Positions 12,119-23,825 of a stretch of DNA of 64,000 nt are shown here, piece by piece. The notes under the pieces were generated by a model, which had not been told where the DNA came from, did not search any database, and was given only the letters and a program-made list of their open reading frames with translations. The DNA lies in NCBI RefSeq assembly GCF_006345805.1, contig NC_043022.1:10416001-10480000 (forward strand), written 5' to 3'. The position numbers were made by a program, and so were the translations under genes. Numbering within the stretch: the first letter of the stretch is position 1; the number at the start of each line of letters is the position of its first letter. The DNA comes from Octopus sinensis (lineage: Eukaryota).

Positions 12119-13535
12119 AGTTGTAAACGAATGTCACCGGCATGCAAGTTCTGTCTTTGTTCATACTCTATGAAAACTTGCCTGGTCATGGGGAATTATG
12201 ACCTTACTTGGAAACAGGTGAGTGTTGGCAACAGGAGGGGCATCCAGCTCTAGAAAATCCGCCTCAACAAAATTCTGTCCGACCCATGCAAGAATGGAAA
12301 AGTAGACACTAAACAATGATAATGACCATGAATTATTCTTGTTACAGTATTAACTCTGTATGTCGAATGTAGAAATAACATCAAGAGTTTCTGACAAACA
12401 ATGAAGTTATTAAAAACAAGCGGTAATCACAATGAACCAAAGTGGCATCATTTAGATTTTTGAAAGTCCACACAACGAAACAGTTAAATTGGGGAACCCC
12501 AATAGTATTTTAAGGGCCTCTGAAAAAAATTTTGCTTTATATGTATTTCCTTCCTCTCCTGCTAGATCATCTTACCAGGGCTTTACTCTCATCTGATGCA
12601 GCAGCTGTAGGCTGGAAGAAGGTTGTGGCAAGCCCTGCATCAGATGGCGGGACATGATTGGGGAAGATCTGTAGAGGTTTGATGTCATCTTGGAGGATGC
12701 AGAGAGGCTGGCACAGGACCACCAGTGATGGAGAGCACTGGTGAACCTGGTCAACTTTATGCTTCTGGAACCACTAACTTGGAATGACCCCAGCCCCATC
12801 AGGCAAGAGCATGAACCCAAGCCAAGCCATGTATTTATTGCAATGTATTGCAGGAAACAGCAAAGTTTCTTTTTCTAACATTTTACACAGTTCAAACTAC
12901 ATAAGTGAATGTGTGATGAACAAATTAGGAATTCTGAAAGAAGTTTCTATAAAACTAATTTTTAAACATTGAATGGTTATGGAGGTCTACCAAAATAAAA
13001 TAGCAATCAAAGGAGTCCACGGATACAAAATGGTTGAGAACCCTTGATTTATATGTGCAACTATGGATGTTGGTTTGATCTCTCAAGTAGAAAGCCATTA
13101 CAGAAGTTAGTCAAGAACGTAAGTATTGAATAACTAGGCGTATTATCTCCCTTTGTTCATTCCCCAGTATTGATAAAAATTCCTTTATTTCCAACTTGAT
13201 TTGCAACATCTGTTGACGACAGAAACTCAGGATGAGGACGTTTGTATAAAATATTTATGTCTCTTCTAACGATAGTGTCCATACGCACACATACATTTAT
13301 AGGTATATGCTAAATGATGATGATTAAATAAAAATAAGTATGCTTGTGTGAGTTTATATATGTGTGTGTATGTGTATATATATATATACTTTAAACAGCC
13401 GAAATTGCTAAGATGATCCGGTTCCCGACTGAAGATTAGAGGCTTCGAGTGACCCGTCTGTCTTTTTGTGTCGTCTCTTTGTGTGTTTTTGCGTTCTTGT
13501 CCCACTTTGTAATTTATAATTTATATTTAATTTCT

Positions 13536-13576
<41 letters not shown>

Positions 13577-13687
13577 CATATATATATACATACATATATA
13601 TATAATAAAAATATTAAAATTTCTAAGTCTCTCTAAAGAAGAGCTGAAAAGTGGATTTGGCGAATATATACACACACATTCAAACAC

Positions 13688-13745
<58 letters not shown>

Positions 13746-13768
13746 AATTTTTTATTAAAGCCAGTAAA

Positions 13769-13838
13769 ATCTTCACTACCTGTTACTGAGAGTCTGATGA
13801 ATGGTAACATGAAACTCTGAGTAACAGTTTGTGAAGAT
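13769..13838 (+). ncRNA. Type I hammerhead ribozyme motif (Penelope-type), disrupted by a 10-nt insertion
   Basis: CTGATGA (13794-13800), stem II ATG-GTAA-CAT, GAAA, near-palindromic stem III ACTC-T-GAGT, GUA site, stem I CTGT/ACAG plus ATCTTCAC/GTGAAGAT. The insertion is at 13784-13793. Confidence 0.65.
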
Positions 13839-13963
13839 TATCTCATCTTTAATAAAATGCATATCACTCTACCTTTGGTATTTGAGTACTATTTTTCCCC
13901 ACTTTGTTTTGCATTTATGTGCTTACTTTGTACATAAATGAATATATACATACATTATACATG

Positions 13964-14110
13964 TATGGTTCTTATATACAGAAGACAAAAGACAGGTAAG
14001 GGAACAAGCAGGTGTGTTAGTTTGATGCTCGGGAAGAATGGAATGGAGTCTTGTTGCTTGTTGTTCCCCTGCCTGTCTTTGTCTTTTGTTTTCTGTACAT
14101 AAGAACCATA
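13964..14110. repeat. Imperfect inverted repeat
   Basis: tatggttcttatatacagaagacaaaagacagg..gggaacaagca pairs with tgcttgttgttcccc..cctgtctttgtcttttgttttctgtacataagaaccata. Confidence 0.6.
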
Positions 14111-14784
14111 TATAATATATGCTCACATGGCCACCCTGACTTGATCCTGCCTGACTGAACTTCCTCCTCTCTTGGACAGCCATCTCACCTGCCTTTTTCT
14201 TGGACCTTTGGTAACCTTCCTTATCCGCCTAAAAAAATCACTCCACTTGGGTTACCACTGGAACTTTACACTTCTTAGATTCTACCGTCATGGCTCTCGC
14301 TGTACACTGTCGTTCATTTATGCATACATACACGTGTGTATGTGTGTGTGCGTGGATAATATACACATCAGGACGATGGTATCGGCTGTTTTGAATGAGG
14401 CAAAGAATCAGAAATCAATGAACGAATATTACAGAATGGTATTAGCTGAAGATACAATTTAGAGGTAAGACATGTGACACAGTTAATAAGAGAAATAGCA
14501 ATTAATGCTTAATAAATTTATGGAGAGAAAGAAAGACAGAAAAAGAAAGAAAAATAAAACATATAAAAATGGATACTATTATAATCCTATTGATCTGGTT
14601 AAATGTCTTAGTCCTGTGAGGTCTTCGTTTTTTTTTTTTTTTTGGTATTTGCTTAAAAAGGTCTTTAAGTCTTTGAAATGATGCATCTGTTAGCAGTACG
14701 GAATATACAGTGGCATACCATTTCTCACATTTAGTCTTTAAACCATAAACAAAGTTTGTACATGGAATAACATTTCTCTTCAGA

Positions 14785-14790
14785 TTTATT
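14785..14790 (-). promoter_or_regulatory. Candidate poly(A) signal AATAAA of the POM121-like gene
   Basis: AATAAA on the minus strand ~400 nt downstream of the stop codon. Position only; not validated. Confidence 0.35.
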
Positions 14791-15184
14791 GCCTTACCAA
14801 AGTCATTTCTTCGGAGGCGATGGTGATTGGTGATGCATCTGTGTGTTTGTGTAGGTGTGTGTGTACATGTTACTTTTTTTTTTTTTTTTTTTTTTTGACA
14901 TTCTTCGCCTGTACCTTCAGTAGGGATCTAAATACACTGACCACTCACATTCCCGTTCTGCGACAACAGTGACAGAAAATATGATCAGTAGAGATGCACT
15001 GTAGCAGTAAAGTTCACAAATGAAACAAACAAGCTCACTGCCTGCAACACCACCGTCACCACCACCACAACCACCACCAACAGCAATTTACATTGGTTAG
15101 AAAAGCCTATGACAAAACAGGCTTTCAATATGCTGTCGGGTGGAACATACTTCAAATCCCAATCTGGTTTCACTTTGCACCAAG

Positions 15185-15279
15185 TTATTTTTTACCACCA
15201 CGCCGTCGAGCTTTGTTATTGGATCTCATTTTCGGGGCTGTACTTCCTGAACCGACATTGAACATTGCAACTGATTGAC
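15185..15279 (-). CDS. POM121: POM121-like nucleoporin, exon 13 (last; QSVAMFNVGSGSTAPKMRSNNKARRRGGKK*)
   Basis: Acceptor TTTGTCAG; phase 1 matches exon 12; TAA at 15187-15185. F-x-x-G-x-G-S followed by a basic tail resembles the vertebrate POM121 C-terminus (recalled, not aligned). Confidence 0.85.
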
Positions 15280-15780
15280 CTGACAAAGAAAAACATTTTT
15301 TTAATAAATAAATAAAACCATAAAGTCCATTATTTATGCAAGTTTATATTTGGTACAACTGATGTAAGTAAATTAAAACCACTTCTCTTCTTCAAAACAC
15401 TCAATAAATATGAAAGGATAATGGAATTAATAAGCAGCTTTTTTTTTATTATTATAGTACAGATAAAGAAAAATATTTATCAAGAATATAATTACAAAAT
15501 GTAAAAACCAATACAAGATTATTAATTCTATGAAATGAATCAGTTCCATGAAATATTTTAAGGTTAACATGAGAAATGTGGGTCAGATGGAGTTTATTTG
15601 AGGTAGATTTTCTACAGCCTACTGCCCTTCCCGTTGTCAGTCCTTCCCTGTTTCTAAGCAAGGTAATATTTCGCAATAGCCAGGTATGTTCTCGTAGAAT
15701 ACTGGATATGAGCAACACTGCTTGTATGACAGTGATAATCATTTTAAAACTATCATGCAATCCATGTCAGTCAAGGAGAC

Positions 15781-15835
<55 letters not shown>

Positions 15836-15896
15836 TACACATACACACACATACATCTATATATGTGTACAATATATATATGTATATATACACGAG

Positions 15897-16034
15897 CAGG
15901 CCGAAGAACGAAATGTTCCCAAGATAAGAGAGTCTTTCTAATCTAATGTTGTGGTTGAGCTGTTTATTATTTATTATTATTACTATTATTAGTAGTATTA
16001 GTATTGTCCCTTTGATCCTCGGTCGAAAATTTGC

Positions 16035-16077
<43 letters not shown>

Positions 16078-16389
16078 TTTCAGCTTCGCCTTGTATTGCA
16101 TATTATTTCTCCATACAGGGGTTTTTTCAATGGCGGCCCATTTTCGCGGGGTTCCACTATTTCCCTTCTCTCTCTCCCTCTTTTACGTTGTCTGCCATCC
16201 CCCCTCTTCCTTTGCTAAGAGCATTTAAGCCAGCCCGTCATATTCCCGTGTCAGGCCGAAGAACGAAATGTTCCCAAGATAAGAGAGTCTTTCTAATCTA
16301 TGTTGTGTTGTGAGCTGTTTATTATTTATTATTATTACTATTATTAGTAGTATTAGTATTGTCCCTTTGATCCTCGGTCGAAAATTTGC

Positions 16390-16421
<32 letters not shown>

Positions 16422-16735
16422 TACTATTTTCAGCTTCGCCTTGTATTGCATATTATTTCTCCATACAGGGGTTTTTTCAATGGCGGCCCATTTTCGCGGG
16501 GTTCCACTATTTCCCTTCTCTCTCTCCCTTTTTACGTTGTCTGCCATCCCCCCTCTTCCTTTGCTAAGAGCATTTAAGCCAGCCGTCATATTCCCGTGTC
16601 AGGCCGAAGAACGAAATGTTCCCAAGATAAGAGAGTCTTTCTAATCTAATGTTGTGGTTGAGCTGTTTATTATTATATTATTACTATTATTAGTAGTATT
16701 AGTATTGTCCCTTTGATCCTCGGTCGAAAATTTGC

Positions 16736-16769
<34 letters not shown>

Positions 16770-17083
16770 TTTCAGCTTCGCCTTGTATTGCATATTATTT
16801 CTCCATACAGGGGTTTTTTCAATGGCGGCCCATTTTCGCGGGGTTCCACTATTTCCCTTCTCTCTCTCCCTCTTTTACGTTGTCTGCCATCCCCCCTCTT
16901 CCTTTGCTAAGAGCATTTTTAAGCCAGCCCGTCATATTCCCGTGTCAGGCCGAAGAACGAAATGTTCCCAAGATAAGAGAGTCTTTCTAATCTAATGTTG
17001 TGGTTGAGCTGTTTATTATTTATTATTATTACTATTATTAGTAGTATTAGTATTGTCCCTTTGATCCTCGGTCGAAAATTTGC

Positions 17084-17123
<40 letters not shown>

Positions 17124-17440
17124 TTTCAGCTTCGCCTTGTATTGCATATTATTTCTCCATACAGGGGTTTTTTCAATGGCGGCCCATTTTCGCGGGGTTC
17201 CACTATTCCCTTCTCTCTCTCTCTCCCTCTTTTACGTTGTCTGCCATCCCCCCTCTTCCTTTGCTAAGAGCATTTTTAAGCCAGCCCGTCATATTCCCGT
17301 GTCAGGCCGAAGAACGAAATGTTCCCAAGATAAGAGAGTCTTTCTAATCTAATGTTGTGGTTGAGCTGTTTATTATTTATTATTATTACTATTATTAGTA
17401 GTATTAGTATTGTCCCTTTGATCCTCGGTCGAAAATTTGC

Positions 17441-17483
<43 letters not shown>

Positions 17484-17795
17484 TTTCAGCTTCGCCTTGT
17501 ATTGCATATTATTTCTCCATACAGGGGTTTTTTCAATGGCGGCCCATTTTCGCGGGGTTCCACTATTTCCCTTCTCTCTCTCCCTCTTTTACGTTGTCTG
17601 CCATCCCCCCTCTTCCTTTGCTAAGAGCATTTAAGCCAGCCCGTCATATTCCCGTGTCAGGCCGAAGAACGAAATGTTCCCAAGATAAGAGAGTCTTTCT
17701 AATCTAATGTTGTGGTTGAGCTGTTTATTATTTATTATTATTACTATTATTAGTAGTATTAGTATTGTCCCTTTGATCCTCGGTCGAAAATTTGC

Positions 17796-17826
<31 letters not shown>

Positions 17827-18140
17827 TTTCAGCTTCGCCTTGTATTGCATATTATTTCTCCATACAGGGGTTTTTTCAATGGCGGCCCATTTTCGCGGGG
17901 TTCCACTATTTCCCTTCTCTCTCTCCCTCTTTTACGTTGTCTGCCATCCCCCCTCTTCCTTTGCTAAGAGCATTTTTAAGCCAGCCCGTCATATTCCCGT
18001 GTCAGGCCGAAGAACGAAATGTTCCCAAGATAAGAGAGTCTTTCTAATCTAATGTTGTGGTTGAGCTGTTTATTATTTATTATTATTACTATTATTAGTA
18101 GTATTAGTATTGTCCCTTTGATCCTCGGTCGAAAATTTGC

Positions 18141-18177
<37 letters not shown>

Positions 18178-18491
18178 TTTCAGCTTCGCCTTGTATTGCA
18201 TATTATTTCTCCATACAGGGGTTTTTTCAATGGCGGCCCATTTTCGCGGGGTTCCACTATTTCCCTTCTCTCTCTCCCTCTTTTACGTTGTCTGCCATCC
18301 CCCCTCTTCCTTTGCTAAGAGCATTTTTAAGCCAGCCCGTCATATTCCCGTGTCAGGCCGAAGAACGAAATGTTCCCAAGATAAGAGAGTCTTTCTAATC
18401 TAATGTTGTGGTTGAGCTGTTTATTATTTATTATTATTACTATTATTAGTAGTATTAGTATTGTCCCTTTGATCCTCGGTCGAAAATTTGC

Positions 18492-18525
<34 letters not shown>

Positions 18526-18701
18526 TTTCAGCTTCGCCTTGTATTGCATATTATTTCTCCATACAGGGGTTTTTTCAATGGCGGCCCATTTTCGCGGGGT
18601 TCCACTATTTCCCTTCTCTCTCTCCCTCCCTCTTTTACGTTGTCTGCCATCCCCCCTCTTCCTTTGCTAAGAGCATTTTTAAGCCAGCCCGTCATATTCC
18701 C
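15897..18701. repeat. Tandem array of 8 near-identical ~345-357 bp units in intron 12
   Basis: Units start caggccgaagaacgaaatg at 15897, 16252, 16600, 16946, 17303, 17658, 18003 and 18354. They differ mainly in (TAT)n and homopolymer lengths. Confidence 0.95.
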
Positions 18702-19755
18702 GGTGCACCCGCCCTTGCCCACCCCCACCACCAATACCAATACCGGATATCTCTATATTTTTGCTCCATCTATACCGGATGTCGCTTCTCCCACCACCAT
18801 TATAGGTGTCTACTCTTCGAACCCCCCTCTTCAATACGCTATTTGACCATGCATTACCCCTCTCTTGATATCCTACGTTCTACTTGCCTAGAACCTGTCA
18901 TCATTTCTCTGAACCACCCCTCCCCACTGGTGCTCCCCTATATTTCCCCCCCCCCCACATAAAAAGCACCATCCGAACGTGGCCGATGCCAGACCCCTCT
19001 GGCACCTGTGCAGGTGGCACGTAAAAAACACCCACTACACTCGCGGAGTGGTTGGCGTTAGGAAGGGCATCCAGCTGTAGAAACACTGCCAGACTAGACT
19101 GGAGCCTGGGGCAGTCCGAGCTCCCCAGACCCCGGTCGAAACCGTCCAACCCGTGCTAGCGCGGAAAACGGACGTTAAATGATGATGATGATGAGGTGTT
19201 GAAAAGTTCCTGGCTTTAAGGGTATTGCGAAAGGCCTGGTTGGAGGCCCAACCATTTGAGGTCTTTTATAGGGTTTAGAAAAACTGAAGGACCACTGCAA
19301 TAAGTTGGTGAATCTGAGAGGGGAATATGATGAATAAGATCATAATTAACTGATCCTCCTTGATTTTTTTTTACTCAAAGCCAGGAATTCTGCAACAACG
19401 CCATGTGTATATATGACAGGTTTCTTTCAGTTTCCATCCACCAAATCCACTCACAAAGCTTTTGTTGACTTAGGCTAAAATGGAAGACACTTTTCTAAGG
19501 TGGCATGCAGCAGGTTTGAACCAACAACCATATAGTTGGAAAGCAAACTTCTTACTACACAGCCATGCCTGAGCCTAAATAGAAAATATCAATGCTACTG
19601 ACATCATTTCCGTTTATTATCATTTTTTTTTCATGATAGCATGGATTATGTTTCTGAAAAGCCGCATTCCACTAACAAAACATGGGCTATAAATACTAAA
19701 AATGTAAACCTTCTCATTTAAAATGGCATTGTCATGATTAAATGCATTTTCTTAA

Positions 19756-19975
19756 CCCTTTCATTACTCTATTTATTTTGAGATGCTTTGTGTTTCTTTC
19801 AATTACTTTAAATATAACACAGAATTTAGTAAAATAACTTGGTTATCATTAAGCTAGTGTTAGGAACATAAATTGTGACTAAGGTTTGGTGGAAGATTTC
19901 AATTCAAAACTTATGAAAACAAGACATTTGTACTCAGTGCTAGAGCCGGTTTCAGCCGGGTTGGTAACGAAAGGG
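19756..19975. mobile_element. piggyBac-type MITE (TTAA TSD)
   Basis: ttaa|ccctttcattac ... gtaacgaaaggg|ttaa. Same TIR family as the element at 48088-49165. Confidence 0.85.
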
Positions 19976-20763
19976 TTAAGAATTAGCAAGAAATTCTCTT
20001 GTAAAAGCTAACTTGATATGTTTACGAAGATGTTGTCACAAAGAGAAAGTAATATTGGCAGGGTTACTTGAAGCACTTAAATTGCAATAAGAGAGCTAAA
20101 CTTCCCAGCTAAATGACAGCTGTTATCAGAAATGTCTAAACAAAGACAGGTAAAAGCCTGAAGTTGTTTACAAGAACAGAGAAAGAAATTATATCCCTGT
20201 TGACATGTGATTTTACAGTAGTATCACACCACATGGCTCAGTGGTCAGAGTGTCAGGCTTATAATTGTGAGGTTGTGAGTTTGATTCCCGGACTGGGCTG
20301 TGTGTTGTTTTCTTGAGCAAGACATTTCATTTCACGTTGCTCTAGTTCTGAGTTGCAATATCACTGGTGCCAGGCTGTATTGGCCTTTGCCTTTCCCTTG
20401 GTCAACATTGGTGGCATGGAGAAGGCACGAGCTTTTAAAAATGTTTGGGGACATCTATATTGTATTTTTACAACACCCTTTACAAAACCCTACATACTAA
20501 TTCTCTCCCTCAACCATCGAAACCATTTAACATTTAAACCAGCCACATCCAGTCCAAATAGTCTTCTTGTTTTTTTTGTTCAAACTTGCCAGATCAGGCA
20601 TGTCACACATACACTACAATGTCATTCTAAGAATAAACAATCACATCATCAAAATCTCAAAGCTACAAGACAATACACAATTAATTCAAAACAATGGGAA
20701 TAAATAAGAATTACACTGGACAGAGTAATCTGGATTCTAAAGAGTTAAACAGCATCTACTTAC

Positions 20764-21295
20764 CAAAATTAAACTGCGAAGTCCCTGCCATGGAAGCACT
20801 GAAGTCATAACCTTGGCTAGTACCAGACTGGGTGCTTGGAGTCTTACCAAAAGTGAATATTTTTGTATTTTGGGCATTAGCTCCATCAGCTGGTTTTGTT
20901 GTGGCAGTTGCTGTAGCAGCTTGCCCACCGAACATGGCCGGGTTACCACCAGACTGAGCATTGGGTGTTGCTGCAAACCCAGGAGTACTGAGTGGCCCAA
21001 ACAATGGCTTTGCCATGCTTGCAGCAGGTCCAGTGGCAGCAGTGGTGATAGGCACTTGACCAAAAATAGCTGGGGGTTTGACGGCAGTCGATTCTGCAGC
21101 ACCCGGCTGGCCACTGAAGATGCTAGGTTTGCTTTCAAACCCAGATCTAAAAGGAGTTGGTTGATTCCCAAAAGGAACTTGACTTCCACTGTTGGAATTG
21201 AGAGTGAAATTAAACTTCTGGTCAGGCTTTTGCTGCTGCTGCTGCTGTTGTTGTTGTTGTCCACTACTGCCAAAGATGACAGCTGGTGCTGGAGA
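20764..21295 (-). CDS. POM121: POM121-like nucleoporin, exon 12 (FG-rich, poly-Q)
   Basis: Acceptor TTCAAAATAG, phase 0; reads SPAPAVIFGSSGQ9KPDQKFNF...SQFNF; donor G|GTAAGT, phase 1. Confidence 0.9.
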
Positions 21296-22139
21296 CTATT
21301 TTGAATTAAAAAATGAAAAAACAAAAATAAAAATCACTCAAAAACATTTCTATAAACAAGTACATCTTTATGAAACAACAGTTGTCTTTAGATAAGGCAA
21401 AAGCAGATATAATCAATAGAATTAAATGCATCCTTCCCCACACACCACCACCTCATCTAAATATTGGTTTCAGATTTTGGCAAAAAGCCAACAATTTCTG
21501 GGGAAGGAGTAAGCTGATCACATCAACCCTGGTACTTATTTCATCGACCCCAAAAAGATGAAAGGTAAAGTTGACCTCGGAGGAATTTGAACTCGGACTG
21601 TGAAGTTGGACAAAATGCCGCTAAGCCTTTTGCCCTGTGTGCTAATGAGCCTACCAGCTCACCACATTTACCCCCGTTTTCCTAAATATTAACTGGAACT
21701 ATTTTATTGATTCTGGAGAGACGAAAACAATAAGGAGACCATTCCTAGCAGGAAGAAATGAACTTAGAACGGAGAAAGAGACTCAACATGCAAAGAAACC
21801 TTACATTTCACAATTTGTCGAGGAGTTAACCTGATGGAATATTAAATTTAGGGCAGCTGTTGGCCTTGCCATGAACAAGAACCCAAAGTGGCTAATGTAG
21901 CATGTATAATAGTTTGTTATGTTATGGACGACCCTTTTGCAGAAACAAAAGATGTTGAAAAAGATGGACATTTAACCATATGCCACTTCTTCAATTAGCA
22001 TAAAGGCCTTCATGATAAATTGACTATTTTTTTTTTTTTACCACAGATGAGGTTTTGAATCCATGAAGTAGAGTAAACTTATGAGCAGGGAGCAAAAGTA
22101 GATACTAATGTTTCAAGTAGGACTTGTCTTTGGATAATT

Positions 22140-22440
22140 TCTTAATCAATGTCCACAGCACCGATATGACAGTTGCAATAAACAGCTTGATTTTGAATTG
22201 TTTGGACAATTTGGAGTTTCAGACATTCTTTAGCTTGTGACAGGCTGTCAATGCTTGTGCCTTCCTGATCTTGATGTCTGCTCCCGAATTGCTCACCCAA
22301 CCACTTTAGTACTAGAAGTCTTCAGCAACATTCAATTTGGAATGACTCAAAGCATCACTTGATTGGTTGAAAGAAATGTATTCAGTTTTCCTGACATTTG
22401 TGCGCAGTCCTATTTTAGCAGCTGGTGTTTCTACGAATGG
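22140..22440 (-). mobile_element. Degenerate RTE-like reverse-transcriptase fragment
   Basis: The minus strand reads GLRTNVRKTEY...DF*Y*SGWVSNSGADIKIRK...KIKLF, typical of RT domain 7/thumb, with stops. Confidence 0.6.
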
Positions 22441-23144
22441 CCCTAAATGCAAAGTAGCAGCAACATATGACAAACGAATGCCTTTATGGAGACCTGCTGA
22501 AAGTTAGTGAGACGATCAGGTAAAGACAGCTGTGACTAATCTGGTCACTGTGTGCTCACCCTTAACGGGAAGCATCCAAATGACCCTTGTGGAACCTACT
22601 TCATGGTGGTGTAAGAAGAGGAAAACGTCATCACACATCAACAATTTCATTGCAAACACTGGCCTGAAATATATCCAGGCCTTCAAGGCAGCAATGGACT
22701 GAGAAGTGTGGAGGGTGGACTTTATTGCTGCAACCTAGGTTGGAACCTGGCAGCAGCAATAATAATAATAATGATAATAATAATACTAATACTAATAATA
22801 ATAACCCTTTCTACTACAAGCACAAGGTCTGAAATTTGGTTGGGGTGGGATATTCGATTACATTGACCCCAGTACTCTACTAATACTTATTTTATTAGCC
22901 CCTGAAATGATGAGAGGCAAAGTCGATCTCAGCAGAATTTAAACTCAGAACATAAAGACAGGATAGAATGCTGCTAAGCATTTTAGCTGGTATGCTAACG
23001 ATTCTGTCAGCTTGCTGCCCCCCACCTACTACTACTACTACATTTGACAGAGTAATATGAATGCTAAAAGGTCAATGCTATAAAATGAAAAAAAAAACAA
23101 ACAAAACAAAACAAAAATAAAATCAAGGTTCAAAGAGTGAGGGA

Positions 23145-23775
23145 TTATTATTTACAATGGACGGACAGGTGTCCTCACCTTGCTTGTTGTTACCACAAAG
23201 TTTTGGCCGATGTGCTCTCTAGCCTTCATCAGGTGTTCTGGTGGAATTTCGAACCCAACCCTTTATTTGACTAATGGGGTACTCTGTTCTCATTCCTAAG
23301 GTATTCTTTTTAGCTGATGCTATTTTTTTCTGTTGTTATTATTTTCCCATGTCCCTGCTTGGGATTGAACTCAGAATCTGAGTAGTAGCCTGCTTTCTTA
23401 TCCACTATATTATATGCCCATTGCCAATTATAGAGTGAATTTGGGGGTTTGTAATATGGGAACTGGTATTAAGAAAAGATAAAATATTAGGTTTATAAGC
23501 CCAAAAGTTCACTCCAGAATTGCCTACAGATTCATATAGTGTAGTGTGTAAGAGTGCGAGCTACTATTCCAATTCTGAGTTCAATCTCAGGTAAGGACTT
23601 GGGAAAAATAATATAAACAGAAAAAAAATAAACATCAGCAAAAAAGAATTAGTCAAAATAAAAGGTTGTGTTCGAAAACCTATCAGAAGGCCTGATAAAG
23701 GTTGGAAAGTACATCAGCCGAAATGTGGTAACAAGAAACAAGTGAGGATACCTATCTATCCATTGTAAATAATGT
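23145..23775. mobile_element. Head-to-head pair of diverged SINE-like elements (tRNA-like head plus degenerate hammerhead motif) in intron 11
   Basis: 23145-23450 (-) and 23490-23775 (+) are homologous. Both have A/B-box-like tagtgtagtg...gagttcaatc. Hammerhead-like cores lie at 23192-23237 (-) and 23688-23730 (+). Confidence 0.7.
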
Positions 23776-23825
23776 ACATAATTCTTCATCTCAAAAATAT
23801 AGAATAGCGAGTCATTAGTAATTAC

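Noticed and set aside
13390-13470. GCCGAAA and CTGAAGA half-cores in permuted order; isolated CTGANGA hits also at ~3185, 30843, 47872 and 51063
   Set aside because: The required stems or the GAAA element are missing, so these are compatible with chance or heavy decay.
15946-18846. Repeated poly-Tyr/poly-Ile ORFs, and a CRISPR-like reading of the array
   Set aside because: The ORFs are translations of (TAT)n with frame changes between units. There are no unique spacers and no cas genes, and the context is eukaryotic.
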